The notes: generated by a model from the letters alone, not told the origin. A stretch of DNA of 64,000 nucleotides from Eledone cirrhosa (GCA_964016885.1 OZ024740.1:54436001-54500000), one strand, 5' to 3'; shown: positions 1 through 13,760, numbered from the stretch's first letter. Translations and numbers: made by a program.

Positions 1-2483
1 GGATGTGTGAGGCTTTCACCAACATTTTGCTAGGTTGTTCGGGGGAAGTGGCGGATCAGAGGCGGTGGCGGACTTCAGTCCCTACCTTGATGGCTTGCCG
101 CAACTCTCGACAGCCGACGCTGGGCGCTGCGAAAGGCCGATTACTTCAGCCGAGAATCAGGATGACCTTGTCGGCTGCATGAGGCGCTAGTCACCCGGTT
201 GGTTTGCCCTACGAGCTTTACGTAAATATGCCAGACTTGTTCTCCAATCTCCTCGAAGCGTTCTACTGCAACTGGCTGCAGAACGGGAGCATTCCCAGTT
301 CTGTGAGCCGGGGTGTAGAGGCGCTGATGAGGAAAGACAAGAACAAGAGGGACACATTACACAATTTCAGGCCCATAACTCTGTTCAACACAGAGTTTAA
401 GATTTTGACCAGGGTGTTAGCGAAGAGGTTGGCGCTTGTCGTCGGGAATTTGGTTGGGGAAGCGCAAACTTGCGCAATCCCAACCAGGTCCATACACGAC
501 AACCTCCACCTGATGCTATACATGATAGAGAGGATAGGGTGTAAACCTGGCTTCGGTGGGGCTCTGATCAATTTAGATCAATTAAAAGCATTCGATACGT
601 CGACCATCTGTACCTGGAGGCTGTCCTCAGAAGCTGGATCATTACAATGCACAGCGGCGCCTGCTCGGTGGTCAAAATTAATGCCACCTCTCGGAACCGT
701 TTCTGGTCTCCCGATCGGTCCGTGAAGGGTGCCCTCTCTCCTACCTTCTGTACGTATTGACTTTTGTTCCTTTACTGCGGAAGCTGGAGCTGTTGCAGGG
801 CATCCCTTTCGAACCGGGACGTGGAAGGAATGTGTCTGCTTATGCGGACGACATCACCGTGATGGTGTCGGACACCCCAGACATCGAGGTGGTCGGCAAC
901 TTATTGGAGGAATATGAAAGGTTGACGGGAGCACAACTTAACCCGGAAAAGTCGGTGGGCTTGCTTCTCGGCACCTGGAGAGGCAAGTCCATGCCGTCCA
1001 ACAGCACCGTTAGGCGCTGGACGGACGGACCGTAAGTTGCTCGGGGTTTGGTTCGAGCCAGATCTCCAGGTGGATAGGAATTGGGACGAGGTGACGAGCA
1101 TAGTAGTCAGTCTCACCCAAAAATGAGCTGCGAGGAAGCTATCACTGAAAGGTCGGGCGGAGGTGGCCAACGCGTACATTGCGTCCGTCATCTACTACCG
1201 TCTGACCCTCGTCCCTTGCCCCAGTTCACGCCTCTCGCCATCTTGTAGCGGCTCCTCTTAAAATACTTGTTGAGGGTTCAGCTTCCGTTGGTGAGGCGGT
1301 CCATCTGCTGCCAGCACCCTCTACGTGGAGGGTTGAGCATGCCATGGCTAAAGATGCGCAGACACGCGCTGAGGGTTTGGCATCTCCAGATATTCTGCCT
1401 AAACGGTGAACAGGTGTGGTCGCCGTTTATCAGACGGGCCTTTCCGCAGCTCGTTTCTTTGACTGAGCTGCAGTCCTGGGTCAAGAAGAAATCGAGACTG
1501 GGTGACTGGCATCTGGAATGTTGCCAGGCACTCACTTTCCTCTACCAGGCGGGAAATGTGGTCAGTGGAACTTCCCCTTTCGAGTTCTATAGATGATTAG
1601 TGGTGGGGAAGGGCGAAACGCACTCGGAGAGTCTCTGGGAGTCGACGGAGTCGAACTAACCAGTCTGTTCCGTAGGACTTTCGAGTCGGGGACGATGGAT
1701 AATTTCCAAAAATCCCTCGTTTGACAGTGCTACAGGGGCGCACTGCCGGTTCGAGATAAACTCTACAGGCACGGAAGTGCTGTCAGACGGATTTCTCGAG
1801 ATGCGCGCAGAGCGACGAAACCGTTCTGCACGCACCCGTCCAGTGTCCGTGCATTAGTGACTCGTGGAGTTATGTCGAACAGCTGTTGTCGCGTGTAGAA
1901 CGGATCCGGCTATCGGCCGAGTCCATAGTGAAGATTGACCCGCCGCTTTCTGTTGGCCAGGAAGGGCAGGAAATGTTCCTGTCTGGTGGCAGTAGCGAAA
2001 GAGGTTGTGTGGTGGACGAGGTTGAAAGGACTGAAGACAGACACTTTTCTCTTCGGCCAATCCCTCGTCAACTTTTTCAAGTTTCACTTGGAAAGGAAGG
2101 TGAGCGTGGAGAGAGAAGTGCTGCTCCCCCCCCCCCAGTACATTTGCTGAAAGGTGGGTGAATGTGGCGAGAATGGCCCGTGTGAATGGGCTTACTCTGG
2201 TCATGCGACTGTAGGCAGGTAAATTTGAGGAGGAGAGGTGTGCCCTTCCAGGGTGCTTTCGAAACGTCGGATCGTTCATGATTGATGGGGTAACTGAGCG
2301 AACCCTGGGAGGTCATCCCCCATATTGGGGAATATTTCTTGTTCTATTTTTATTGTTACATTGTTATTGTTATTCATATTGTTTACTAGATTTTTTCTGT
2401 AAAACCCCACTGTCCCAGTTTTTTGTATTGTCCCCTATATGTCGGCCCTGTGGCCAATAAATGAAATCATTATTATTATTATT
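1..2483 (+). mobile_element. Tx1/L1-clade non-LTR retrotransposon, 3' part (degenerate ORF2, 3' UTR, ATT tail), cut off by the window start
   Basis: Broken ORFs 204-725 (NFRPITLFN, LINLDQLKAFD), 757-1035 (AYADD), 1267-1596 and 1886-2161 are collinear with the intact ORF2 at 58041-61484. Ends in GCCAATAAATGAAATC followed by (ATT)n. Confidence 0.93.
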
Positions 2484-4842
2484 GTTCTTTGAGTCTCAGT
2501 CATTGATGTTAGTTAACTGGAAAGTTTGTTGAAATGAATATCAAGCCACTACCTGCAGCCTCAAATATTCAGGACGTATCGGAGGGTTCTTGCTGTTTCC
2601 AGCAAGCATGCCTTTTGAAGCGTTCCAAAAAGCGTGGCGGGCCAATTTTCTTTAACCATCCCTGAAACTTTTTGAGATAGTACCTAGTGCGCCTATGACA
2701 ATCGAGACCACTTTGACTTCATGGCAGTTCCAAATCCTTTTTACCTCCCACTTTAAGTCCTGGTATCGGTTAATTTTCTCCCACTCCTTCCCTTGCACTC
2801 TCGTGTCAAATGGGCAGGCCACATCCACAATCAGGCACGATCTTTTTTCCTTGTCCAAAACCACCAGGTCAGGTCAATTGTGTTCCAGTTTCTTTTCCGT
2901 CTGTATCCTAAAATCCCACATCACCTTCACCTGATCGTTTTCTATCACCGAGTCTGGCTTATGCTCATACCACTTCTCAGTATGTGGTAAATTGTTTACT
3001 TTGCATAGGTGCCAGTGGATCACCCTGCCCATCACATCATGTCTCCAGCCCTTATGGCTAGGTGTTTACACTCGGATACAATGTGAGCCACAGTCTCCTC
3101 TCTCTCTCCACAGATCCTGCACAGTGAGCTAGCCTCCGCCTTGTAAATATGGTGTTTCAGCCACTTCGTTTTGAGGGCCTGCTCTTGCGCAGCCATTAGC
3201 ATTTCTTCTGTAGCCTTTTTAAGGTCTCCTCTTTTCAACCAGTTCCATGTCTCTGGATCTCTGAATTCAGTTTTCTCAAAGAAGGTACTATGAAGGGATT
3301 TTTCATGAAGGCTGCTCTTTCTCCTTGTTATTTCCTCCTTGGACATCCCCTGGTCATCCCTTGGACATCCATAATGTTCTCTCCTTCAGTACAATTCTGT
3401 GCATTGGCTCCTTACTATCAGTCACGTATTTGTGTAGGTTGTTTTTCTCCATCTGAACACAGTCCTCTATGCTGATAAGACCTCTTCCACCTTCAGATCT
3501 CCTTAAGTAGAGTCTATCGACATCACTCCTCTTGTGGAACATGTTGTAGATAGGCAATAGCTTCCTAGTCTTCCTATCCATTTATTTTTGTTCAGCAACA
3601 TTCCATCTCAGAATTCCCGCACTGTACCTAATAATAGACACAGCTCGGGAATTTACTGCACTTATGGCATTCCTACTGTTCAGATGTGACTTTAATACGT
3701 TCCTTACTCTCCGAATGTATTCAGCTCTTATCAATTCCTTCATTTTTTTTGTTCTTGATGTCATCAGCCTCCAGAACACCCAAATACGTGTATCCTTCTT
3801 CAGTGTCAATTTCCTTTATCATCTCACCTGTTGGTACCTGGATTCCGTTGCTTCTGCTCAATTTACCCCTCTTCATCACAAGGACTCCACACTTACTAAT
3901 ACCAAATTGCATACATATATAATTGCTGAAAATACGGACAGTGTCAACAAGCACATCCAACTCCTTTTCACTCTTCTCGAAGAGCTTAAGATCGTCCACG
4001 AAGAGGAGGTGATTGATGGTAAGCTCTCCCTTTCCCAACTTGTATCCTGCTCTCACATTTCGCAGTATAATGGTCAGGGGCATCAGAGCAAGGACAAACA
4101 ACAGAGGGCACAGACTATCTCCCTGGAAGATACCTCTCTTGATCTTCACGCCCCCCAAGGATTCTCCAGCTGATGTTAACTCTGTTTTCCAGGACTTCAT
4201 ACTTTTGCCCAAAAACTGTCTGATGTTATCTGCCACCTTGACGATCTCTATGCTTTTGGTGATCCAAGAATGAGGCACCATGTCAAATGCCTTTTTGTAG
4301 TCTATCCATCCCATGGCAAGACCAGTGTGTCTCCTCTTGCAATTCCTCATTACCATCTTATCAATAAGTAACTGGTCCGTTGTACCACGGGACTTCTTTC
4401 GGCATCCTTTCTGTTCGTCCGGTAACAAGTTGTTTGTGTGGAGGTGATGGTATATTTCCTCAGACATAATGCTTGTCAACAGTTTCCACATTACGGACAG
4501 ACATGTGATAGGTCTATAATTGGTAACATCATTACCCTTGATTCGGTGTTTCATTACCAGAACTGTGGTACCTTTTGTCAATCACTCTGGTACCTCACCT
4601 GACATCAAGCAGTCATTTACACATGGTTGTCAGTTTCGGGTGGAGGGATGTTATATTTTTAATCCAATACCCTTGCACACCATCTGGGCATGGTGATTTC
4701 CAGTTGGTTAGTTTTTTGGCCTGCCCCTTAAGAGTTTCAACTGTGATACTCAAATCAGTTTGTTGGTGTGCCTGTTCACTAATCTCCTTTTGTACTGTCT
4801 CAATCCACACTGCCTGGTCATTACGTTTAACATTCTGCTCCC
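2484..4842 (-). mobile_element. R4/Dong-clade non-LTR retrotransposon (RT plus restriction-like endonuclease), 5'-truncated and frameshifted
   Basis: RT 3721-4581 ([30 protein letters not shown]); CCHC region CRICGEREETVAHIVSEC (3032-3346); RLE motifs IVDVACP and EKINRYQDL (2652-2864). Bounded by (TAA)n on both sides, as expected for Dong. Confidence 0.92.
3721..4581 (-). pseudogene. Reverse transcriptase fragment of the R4/Dong element
   Basis: 286 aa open stretch with the core non-LTR RT motifs; flanking frames are disrupted. Confidence 0.88.
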
Positions 4843-4866
4843 ATATTATTATTATTATTATTATTA

Positions 4867-5969
4867 CAGCTGCATTTATCTTGCTTTATGTTCATACGAG
4901 TTATCACCAAGTCACAACCAGTGACCTCAAGAGACAACAAGGTCGGCCATGTTCAAGAAAGAACATACATACTCACACATGCATCTTTAGGTGTTTAGAC
5001 TTGTGATGTACTTATATTGACAGAATCTTCCTTAGTATATGGGCAGTTCCCATTAGTACTATCTTTTGTATTTCTCCTATACGCGGGTTTCCTGGGATTT
5101 GCGATAAGTAATCATTAGACCCCTTAGGTATCATTCCTAGAGCGCCTACAACCACTGGTATTGTTTTAGTTCTAAATTTCAACATTTTTCCAATTTCTAT
5201 CTCCAGGTCCTTATACTTGCTCAATTTTTCAAATGTTTTTATAGATACATTCTTGTCTATTGGAACGGACATATCAATTAGCAGGCATACCCTCTTTTTA
5301 AAGTCCTTCAATATTATATCAGGTCTATTTGCATCTATTTTTCCGTCTGTTTGAATTCTAAAGTTCCACAAGATTGAGATGTGATCTTTTTCAAGTATGG
5401 GAGGTGGTTGATGCTCCCACCAATTCTTTTGATGGGGCAGGTCAAAATGCTTACACATTATCCAATGTATGTATTGTGCAGCTCTGTCATGCCTGTTTAG
5501 GTATTCGGTTGGAGCTATAGGACTGCACATTGAAATTATATGGTCAATGGTCTCTGGTTGTTTTTTACATACACAGCATAATGGGCTGCATCCATTTTTT
5601 ATTATGTTGGCTTGGTAATTTTTTGTTGGCAGACACTGATCCTGTGCTGATATAATCAGTCCTTTAGTCTCCGATTTCAGTCCAGAGAATGCCAACCACT
5701 GATGGGTTAAAGTTTTGTCAAGATCAGGATTGTTAGCTCGTTCTGGGTATTTTCCATACAGAGGCTTTTCTTGCCATTTCTTAGCCAGTTTCTGTAGCAG
5801 TTCTTTCTTTGCAGTTACTTTTACCTGCTTTGCTTTTTCTGTGTTTTCCATTTCAGCAGTAAATGGGACTTCTGAAATGTGTAGTCCATTACTGTATCTT
5901 TGTGCATCTTTTGTAATGGAGTATGATCTTTTGATGCTTTCGTGTTTCAAAACGAGTTTGATGATCTAA
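4867..5969 (-). mobile_element. Second, distinct R4/Dong-clade 3' fragment (CCHC plus RLE endonuclease, 3' UTR)
   Basis: ORF 5012-5950: CCVCKKQPETIDHIISMC, RHDRAA, ANRPDIIL, LIDMSVP, EKLSKYKDL, GTAHILRKIL. Flanked by (TAA)n at 4843-4866 and 5970-6031. Confidence 0.92.

Positions 5970-6031
<62 letters not shown>
5970..6031. repeat. (ATT)n microsatellite, about 21 units
   Basis: Directly visible. Confidence 0.97.
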
Positions 6032-6032
<1 letters not shown>

Positions 6033-6760
6033 TCTATTTGTTTAATAAAAGGGTCAACAAAAAGGGGAAAATACAGTGACAGTGGGGTTATACACTGAAA
6101 TCGAGTAGAAATAAATAAAAAAAACAAATAACAAGAAACAAAATAATTGTAACATTGAAAAATACCAATTAGTGAGATGGACCACGCAGGGGTGCCATAG
6201 GAACCCCACAAATCCTAAATTCCCGACGATCGAAGGGTCTCGTTGGTGACAGTTACATCCGTATCTTTGACTTGTGGTCGTTGATCAATCTACCTTGCTT
6301 CTAGAACGACACCTAGCTACTTACATTTATACACTCTACTCTTAAAATTACAACTGTTGGAGATCAGGTGGTTCGATCTGCATCGTGACCTGCTTAAAAA
6401 TCAATCCTACGCTGGCCCTTATTTAAGAGTTTCCACGTCGTAGTGGAGCCTCTACCTAACGTTTCTATATTGTTCACGGACATACATACCAATATTAGTG
6501 TTCCTGGTATTAAATGCATATATTCCTATAGACTATGTGTAGGCTTCTACATAACCTGATCATTATTTTCCCAACTTGTAGAAAAGTTATAATGAAACGA
6601 TCCTTTGGAAAGAGGGATGTTTTTAATTATGTCTCATATAAAATAATACAACTGGCTATCCGCAAAATTCGTATAGTTAGCACCCCAAACGTATAATTGG
6701 GATTATACTAAGGTATATCCTACTTTTTGTTGAGTGAGACGGAAGTGGGTCGGAGTATTG
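6032..6760 (-). mobile_element. Old degraded Tx1-like 3' end
   Basis: The reverse strand near 6035-6110 (TATAACCCCACTGTCACTGTATTTTCCCC...GACCCTT...AAATAGAAAT) resembles the Tx1 3' UTR at 2395-2470. Upstream sequence shows a decayed C-terminal Cys motif. Confidence 0.55.
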
Positions 6761-6784
6761 CTTAAAGCTTTCTCTGTTTTGTAT

Positions 6785-6884
<100 letters not shown>

Positions 6885-7169
6885 TGAAAAGATCAAGACG
6901 TTTTTCAACGCGTTGATGTGTTTGTGTATGCGTACATATGTGTGTATCTGTACGTGTGTGCGTATGTGCATATACATACATTACAAACATGTAATACACA
7001 CATCTGAGAACACATACAACACACAAGCAGAAAATACTCACATCTAGGACCACATACACCACACAAGCAGGTAATACATACATCTAGGACCACATGCAAC
7101 GAAATAGCTGGACAAACAAGCTACTACCAGAGCGAAAGATAATAATATCACGGAGAGCACTGGGAAACC

Positions 7170-7605
7170 TCTCTAATACTTTTTGAAGCAAGCCAGTACA
7201 CTTGCAGCGTTACATCGGGTGAAGGCGAGGCTGAGGTATTGGAACAACCAAGCGCCTTCATGAGCTTCACCAATTACCTCTGTTAGGCGAGCCGCCAGTG
7301 AAGATAAGAATCTCGCAGTCTGTAGCCGGGCTTCTCCAAACGTATCGAACGTCATAGGCTGCAAAATGTAGTTAGCCAACAGATCAGAATATTTTAGGAT
7401 TTTGTCCTGTTCAGCTGCGGATGCTGCTGCATCCAGGATGTGGGAAGAAGCAAAAGAGTCATTAACTGTGATGTCCCAGACAATGCACCTGTTTCTTGAC
7501 TAGGAGCACAGGGTAAGACCGCCAGGTCTTTCCTCATCAATTCTGGAAAACCCAGACGGTTTCAAAATTGAGGGAATGTTTGCCTGGGCCAAAGCTCTTC
7601 AGTGG
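7170..7605 (-). mobile_element. CRE-like non-LTR retrotransposon 3' fragment (restriction-like endonuclease)
   Basis: Minus strand reads ALAQANIPSILKPSGF..RPGGLTLCS..CIVWDITV..AAEQDKILKYSDL..PMTFDTFG..LSLAFTRCNAASV, matching the typical CRE-type RLE C-terminus. Confidence 0.72.
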
Positions 7606-7719
7606 TAATAGAACAGTCTGCGTATGTGCACGTGCGTGAGTTTGTCGGCATTCTTAAATTAGAGACGTGCGTGTGTTAAATATATATATATATGCGTATG
7701 TGTGTCATATATATGTGTG

Positions 7720-7789
<70 letters not shown>

Positions 7790-7909
7790 ATGTGTCACCT
7801 TTTTTGAGTTAGAGACATATATGTGTGTATCCTCTTCCTTCATTTTACACACACATAGATTCACACAAACACACATTTTTTAATGGACGGATGGGCAGAA
7901 GTCGCTCAA

Positions 7910-8548
7910 ATTTATATACGTGTCAATGGCGTTCCACTGGAGCAGCTGGAGAAGTTCAAGTATCATGAGTGATGGAAGGCAGGAGGTTGAATAAAATGCA
8001 AGAATTGCAAAAGCTGATGAAGTAATGCGCCAGCTTCATCATTCAGTAATAAGAAGAAGGAGGTAGGTGTGAAAGCCAAACTCGCTGTCTTCCTGGTATT
8101 TCTGCCAACCCTTACCGAGGGTCATGAATCTTGGGTAATGACCGAAAGAATACAATTGCAAATACAAACGGCTAAAATGAGGTTCCTCAGAAGGGTCTTT
8201 GGAGAAACGTTACTCGATAAAGGGCATAGCTCAGAGATCAGTGAGTCAATCCTGGTAGAACCGCTACTACTCCAGATTGAGAGATCATAGCTCCGATATT
8301 ATGAGCATGTGGTTAGAATGTCTCAGGAAAGAATCGCTGGACAGATTTTACAGGCAAAACCAAACAGCAAGAGACCCAGAGGTAGACCCCGAGAAAGATA
8401 GTTGGATAACATTCATGGCTGGGAAAGCTTTGGGATCCAGCTGTATCAGTTAGAGATGTTTGCTTCTGACAGACTAACTGGAAAGAGTGTTTGAGGATGA
8501 CTCTGCCCCTATGATCTTCTCAGAAATAAGTGGGCGAAGAAGAAGATA
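7910..8548 (+). mobile_element. RTE-clade LINE 3' fragment
   Basis: LEQLEKFKY, LPTLTEGHESW, MRFLRRV, YYEHVVRM, KRPRGRPRER; ends in (AAG)n. Confidence 0.85.
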
Positions 8549-9442
8549 TTGTCAATTTACTTTTCAATTTACATATCATATCTATAAGCATATATATTTG
8601 CGTATAATACCAATATGCACACTACATATGCCAGCAGAAACACGCCCGCGAGGGCGGTGTTTCTGCTAGTATGTTATAATCATATATCACAAGCTGCAAT
8701 TGTGCCAAATAATATATTTCACAAGTAATTTGAGCTTGGCAGAGTTGACGTGAGCGGGAGGAATTCCTTCAAAAGGATGCACCTTCCAACAAAGAACTAA
8801 GATATTGACACACTACTGTAGATTTACTGGTGCAGTATTGCTATATAAATGACCTTGCAACTACCTAGTATTGTAGAAGTGGGAATTCTTGTTGGGATAA
8901 AAAAATGATATTTTCAATCAGACCTCCGCTTGAGCACTTAAACATTGTTCTCATAAAGTTATCAGTAGAAAAACATTTATAGTTGTCACTGTGTAGCATA
9001 TATATACTTTGACTGTAACCCATTGTAGGGAATAAAATGTAGTAAATTGAATAAACATTCGTTGAAATACCGGCATTAAATATATTAATAGTACGAAGTG
9101 TAATGTGACACATAAGACAGAATATTAAATTAGAGGGCATATACAATTTACCTTAAGATACATGAGTCTCGTTATTGTTTCTCTCTAAGTAACTGTAGTT
9201 TACAAGTGCGTGTTTTAAAAAAACACTCCTATTTGTTTAAGATTAAATGCTTTATATGTTCCTTAAGTATGTTTCAACACTACATTGTAAATTTTGTGCA
9301 ATAAGTGATTATTGAAATCCAAATCCAAACATATTAACAAAAATGAGAATACCAGCAACAACAACAACATAGCAACAATAAGAAAATGCAGCAAAATATA
9401 AATGAGCGATAACAAATTTGCATATGTCTATGTTTGTGTGAG

Positions 9443-9480
<38 letters not shown>

Positions 9481-9904
9481 ATATGATTAATTGTTTGTGA
9501 TGGTTCTGAATTCCAGAACAATGAAACGAAGGAATGTAAAAATCGCTTATGGAAAGTAGATTTTTAGCACTTCTCAAGTAAATATTCCCGCAAATTATTT
9601 TCTCAGGATTCTTTATTTTTTTGAAATTTTCAGTGATTCAATAATGTATGAAAATAGAATCATAAGAATGCTATCATCAGTAAAACCTCTTTCCTTTGTA
9701 CCTTCATATCTCAATTATTTTTTATTTCACTCAATATTGTTTTCAAGTACAAACAAAAATATGCGTTAAGCTCAGAAAACAGTTGATTAAGTATATTTTA
9801 TCATACATATATAAGAAAACTGCGATGTGTTTTGATGTTATAAGTGTCAGACAGTATGTAATTATACAATAAATGAATATATAAACACACACACACACAC
9901 ACAT

Positions 9905-9982
<78 letters not shown>

Positions 9983-10039
9983 ACACATATATATATATTT
10001 ATTTATATACAAATCTATCTATATGTATGTGCATTTTTT

Positions 10040-11000
10040 CCATCACGCGACGGAGCCTTCAAGTGTTACAACGTCTTCGGAAAAGTAGACCTGCACAGGA
10101 ATTTTGAGGATGAGTACCCAAACACCACTGGATTCCTCTCTCTACTTGACTTTACAATAATTGTCACAGAGGAGGGATCCATATAAACAAAATGTACAAC
10201 AAGTAAGCCTGCAGAAACATGTTTATGCATCATGATTCTGTCCTTCCCTATAGAGCCAAAACAACATATATACAGATAGTGTCAAACCTATCAGCTTGGT
10301 GGAATTCCAGAAAGTTCTCACCGAGAACGAGTACAATACATTTCTCACTAAACACCGAAATGATAAGGTAGTAATACATGCAAGAAGAAGGAGGACACAC
10401 GTCCTTAGACGTATTATATGCTACCTAAAGCTGCCACATTTCAATGAGAACACAACCGCTGCAATCAGACAAGACCTCCGTAGGGTGGGCCTGAACGTAT
10501 AGTAGGCGCACTCGGCATCTTAATTGTGAAGACTACTCTATACCAATATGAACACACTTCTTAATTGTCTTGTGTTCAACGCAGAAATGTTAATATGTGC
10601 GTATGTGGTCTACAATATCACATGTAAAAGATGTACCCCCCCCCCCCCCCCATACATCGGAAATACCACCCGGATAGTGCACATGCGAGTCAAGGTGCCC
10701 ATGACGACGGGAGCCTCTGTTAAATAACAGTTTGGCAGATCCCACAGCCGAATCTTTGGTGTTACCAGAGGAGAGACGGAAATGAATATGGGAAATTTAA
10801 GAATCAAAAAAGCCACTATCATCAAAAACAAAAGGCACAGATTAGCTACTATAACGGCTCACGCATGCGTATTTCCGACACATATCGATCGTTTTTTTTT
10901 GTTTTGTTTTGAACCGTCACCGTTTCCCATTTGTAAAGAGGGTATAGCCCTAAAGTATCATGTTCAAATATACTGAGTAAAACATTACTTTGTTTTGTTT
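10040..11000 (+). mobile_element. Degraded Penelope-like element (RT C-terminus plus GIY-YIG endonuclease)
   Basis: Relic motifs LSLLDFTI, YLKLPHF and VYNITCKRC..YIGNTTR. Near 10935-10955, GTAAAGA-GGG-TATAG-CCC-TAAA looks like a decayed hammerhead core. Confidence 0.65.
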
Positions 11001-11017
11001 TATTTGCATCCTTCGCA

Positions 11018-11020
<3 letters not shown>

Positions 11021-11102
<82 letters not shown>
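11021..11102. repeat. (GA)n microsatellite
   Basis: Directly visible. Confidence 0.95.
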
Positions 11103-11105
<3 letters not shown>

Positions 11106-11520
11106 TACATGAAAACCATAAAAATTTCATCGCATTAGCTAGAGAATAGGAGAGAATAGAAGGAAAGATAGAGGGCAGCATAGAGCAAAAAGAAAAAGCA
11201 CCTGATCCAAATGCCTATTCCAGGGCAGGACCTGCTGGTTTGTGTGTATATAAATATGCACATGTCAGTGTTTATGTTGGCGCACATTGCTGAGCGTGCG
11301 TCCGTTCGAAGTATAGACGTATGTGTGAGATGATATATTGATATTTGCTTAATATGTATGCACGCCAAAATATACGAGAGATAGATGGCTTGAATGCATG
11401 TAGATGCAATCAATAAAAGTAGGAAAGCAAAATGGCAGTGTTAAATTATGTCACTTTCTGTGTATATATGTAGAGGTAGTTATAAAACACGGTTATTGTT
11501 TTGTATATTTTATTTCGATC

Positions 11521-13178
11521 TTAGTCATCAGACAATCAATGACACGTTTGAATTGTTCGAGGATAGCGACGTAGCCCTGTCTGACCTCGCTGTTGATCGA
11601 GAACCAGTCGGTGTCCTTCTCGTTCATCTGCACGCAACATGGTGATGATATTGGAAAGTACAACAATGAGCTTGAACATTTTCCAGAAAGATGTTTGGTT
11701 GATTGTGTTGAAAGTCACCTTGAGTTCGAAGATGGTAACATAGAGGCGTCGATCTCTGTGGATCTCCCGAGATCCTTCAAAATGAGATGGAAGCCAGAAG
11801 AAAAGTCGGTGGTAGATAGATTTTGTATAAATACGGCTTGTTGTGGGTGATGTCTGCTTCTAATGGCTGGAACAGAACGGCTGAGGAGGATCCTGATGAA
11901 GAGCTTGCATAGGATGGAGAGGAGCGTGATGCTAATTCTTGCTGCACAGATATTTGTCATCCTTCCCTTTCCAGAAGGGTAGGATGACGATCCGGGTCCA
12001 GCCACTTGCGAGTTGCTCTGACATCCATAAATGGTTGATGATGCGGGTGAGTCACTGGATCGTGTTACCTCCACCCACTTTCAATATCTCCAAAGGCATT
12101 GTGGCTGTTGAGCTCCATTAGGGCGATTCTGACTTCATCGGACATCGGAGATGACAGTATCGGTTCAACTACGTCTGCAGTGATGGTTAGGTAGGGATAG
12201 ATTGCGACGGATATGTGACGAAGAGGACGGCTGAAGTGCATCCAGCATATAGGCAGGTGGTTTCGACTATCTGATGAGCGAGGTCTGTGAACGAATTTCT
12301 GGAGTTACCTTCGAGACCTACCACTTTACCAATCTGGCGTACGTGGACGACAGTACCGTATTCAGCAACTTCAGCGTTGAGCTCAAGGAGGCACTAACCG
12401 TATACCGCGAGGAATCGGCAAATCGTAGGCTTTAGGTGAGTTGTGTGAAGACTAAGCTGATACATGTCGGTGATGACCAGAATGCTACTCCCACTCCATA
12501 TTGGCCCCGACGTCCTAGAGTGTTTCAGTTCCTTCATTTCCCTGAGATTGACAGTCACCACCAATGGAAATCTGACCCCTGAGATCAACCAAAAATGTGG
12601 TCTGGCCGCCGGGGTCATCCACTCTCTATGGAAGCCCATTTGACTCTATCTATCTCAAAAGAAACCTCCGTATCAACAACTTGTTGGTCCTCTTCGTGAT
12701 ATTATATGGTCCAGATACGTAGCCCATGAAATAGACACTGGCACAGAGAATTGACAACTTGGATAGCATAGCCATGCAGGCCACCGAGATCATCAGATTG
12801 TACCACCATGTTTCCAACAAAGTGCAGCATGACCAAACACACCAGCCCGCTGCCTCCCTCCTCATAGCCATCCGTGGTATGCACTAGTACGGACATGTCG
12901 TCCATCTGCACCCAGAACATCCTACCAAACCCTTACTCTCGTTCGAGACAGCAGCCTCAAGCTGGAAGAGGTCCCACGGTAGGCCCTGCAACAGATTATT
13001 GGGCTTTATCAAAGAAGATATCCAGAGCCTCGACGTTAACTTTGAGGATGCAGAGGCGCTAACACGGGATCGCTTATGATGGAAGGCACATGTGGATCTT
13101 GTCGGCTCAATTTAGGATGATGCCTCTGGGAACACTGAATTAGGATGACTCCAGTCTCAACGAGCAAGAAGAAGAGAG
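11521..13178 (+). mobile_element. RTE-clade LINE relic with an inverted 5' half (11521-12250 minus, 12262-13178 plus)
   Basis: The minus part reads ISITLLSILCKLF..PQQAVF..WFSINSEVRQG..VIDCLMTK. The plus part continues FDYLMSEVC..TNLAYVDD..WKRSHGRP and ends in (AAG)n. Confidence 0.75.
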
Positions 13179-13677
13179 AATATTTCAGTTTAAATTTCAA
13201 TTCTTTATTACTTCTTTCGTTTCCATATGCGATTAAAGAAGGAAAAAAAATGGCCGACATGAAATAGAAATGAAAGATGTGGAATGGATGACAAGATGTA
13301 GTAAGATACAGATGTATTAAAAAAAATTCTAATGCATAAGAGATGCAAAATTGTGCTTCAGTATAGCACATTTGAAAGTTTTCGTTATAAATAATTGATG
13401 CCATATTAAGTCACGAAAACGAACCACAGCATTGATAACATTTTTCAAGAGAAGTGAATAAATTTCCATCCATTTCGTTCCATTCGTCAACAATATTGTG
13501 CATAGGATACATAATGGTGGTATTGTCAGACATAATTTTTCGTTTTCATTTAATCTAAGCTTATATTTAGACATACTCTATCCTCTGAGCCACTACAAAT
13601 CACGAAACGGACACACAATAGATGCTAATATAAATTTTACAATCAATCAGCACACACGCACACTTTCCCTTTCCACA

Positions 13678-13760
<83 letters not shown>

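Noticed and set aside
8690-9150. 93 aa minus-strand ORF and adjacent sequence as a host exon
   Set aside because: No recognisable domain or convincing splice sites.
12271-12300. CTGATGAG motif as a hammerhead core
   Set aside because: It lies in RTE coding sequence (YLMS), with no stem II or GAAA in register.
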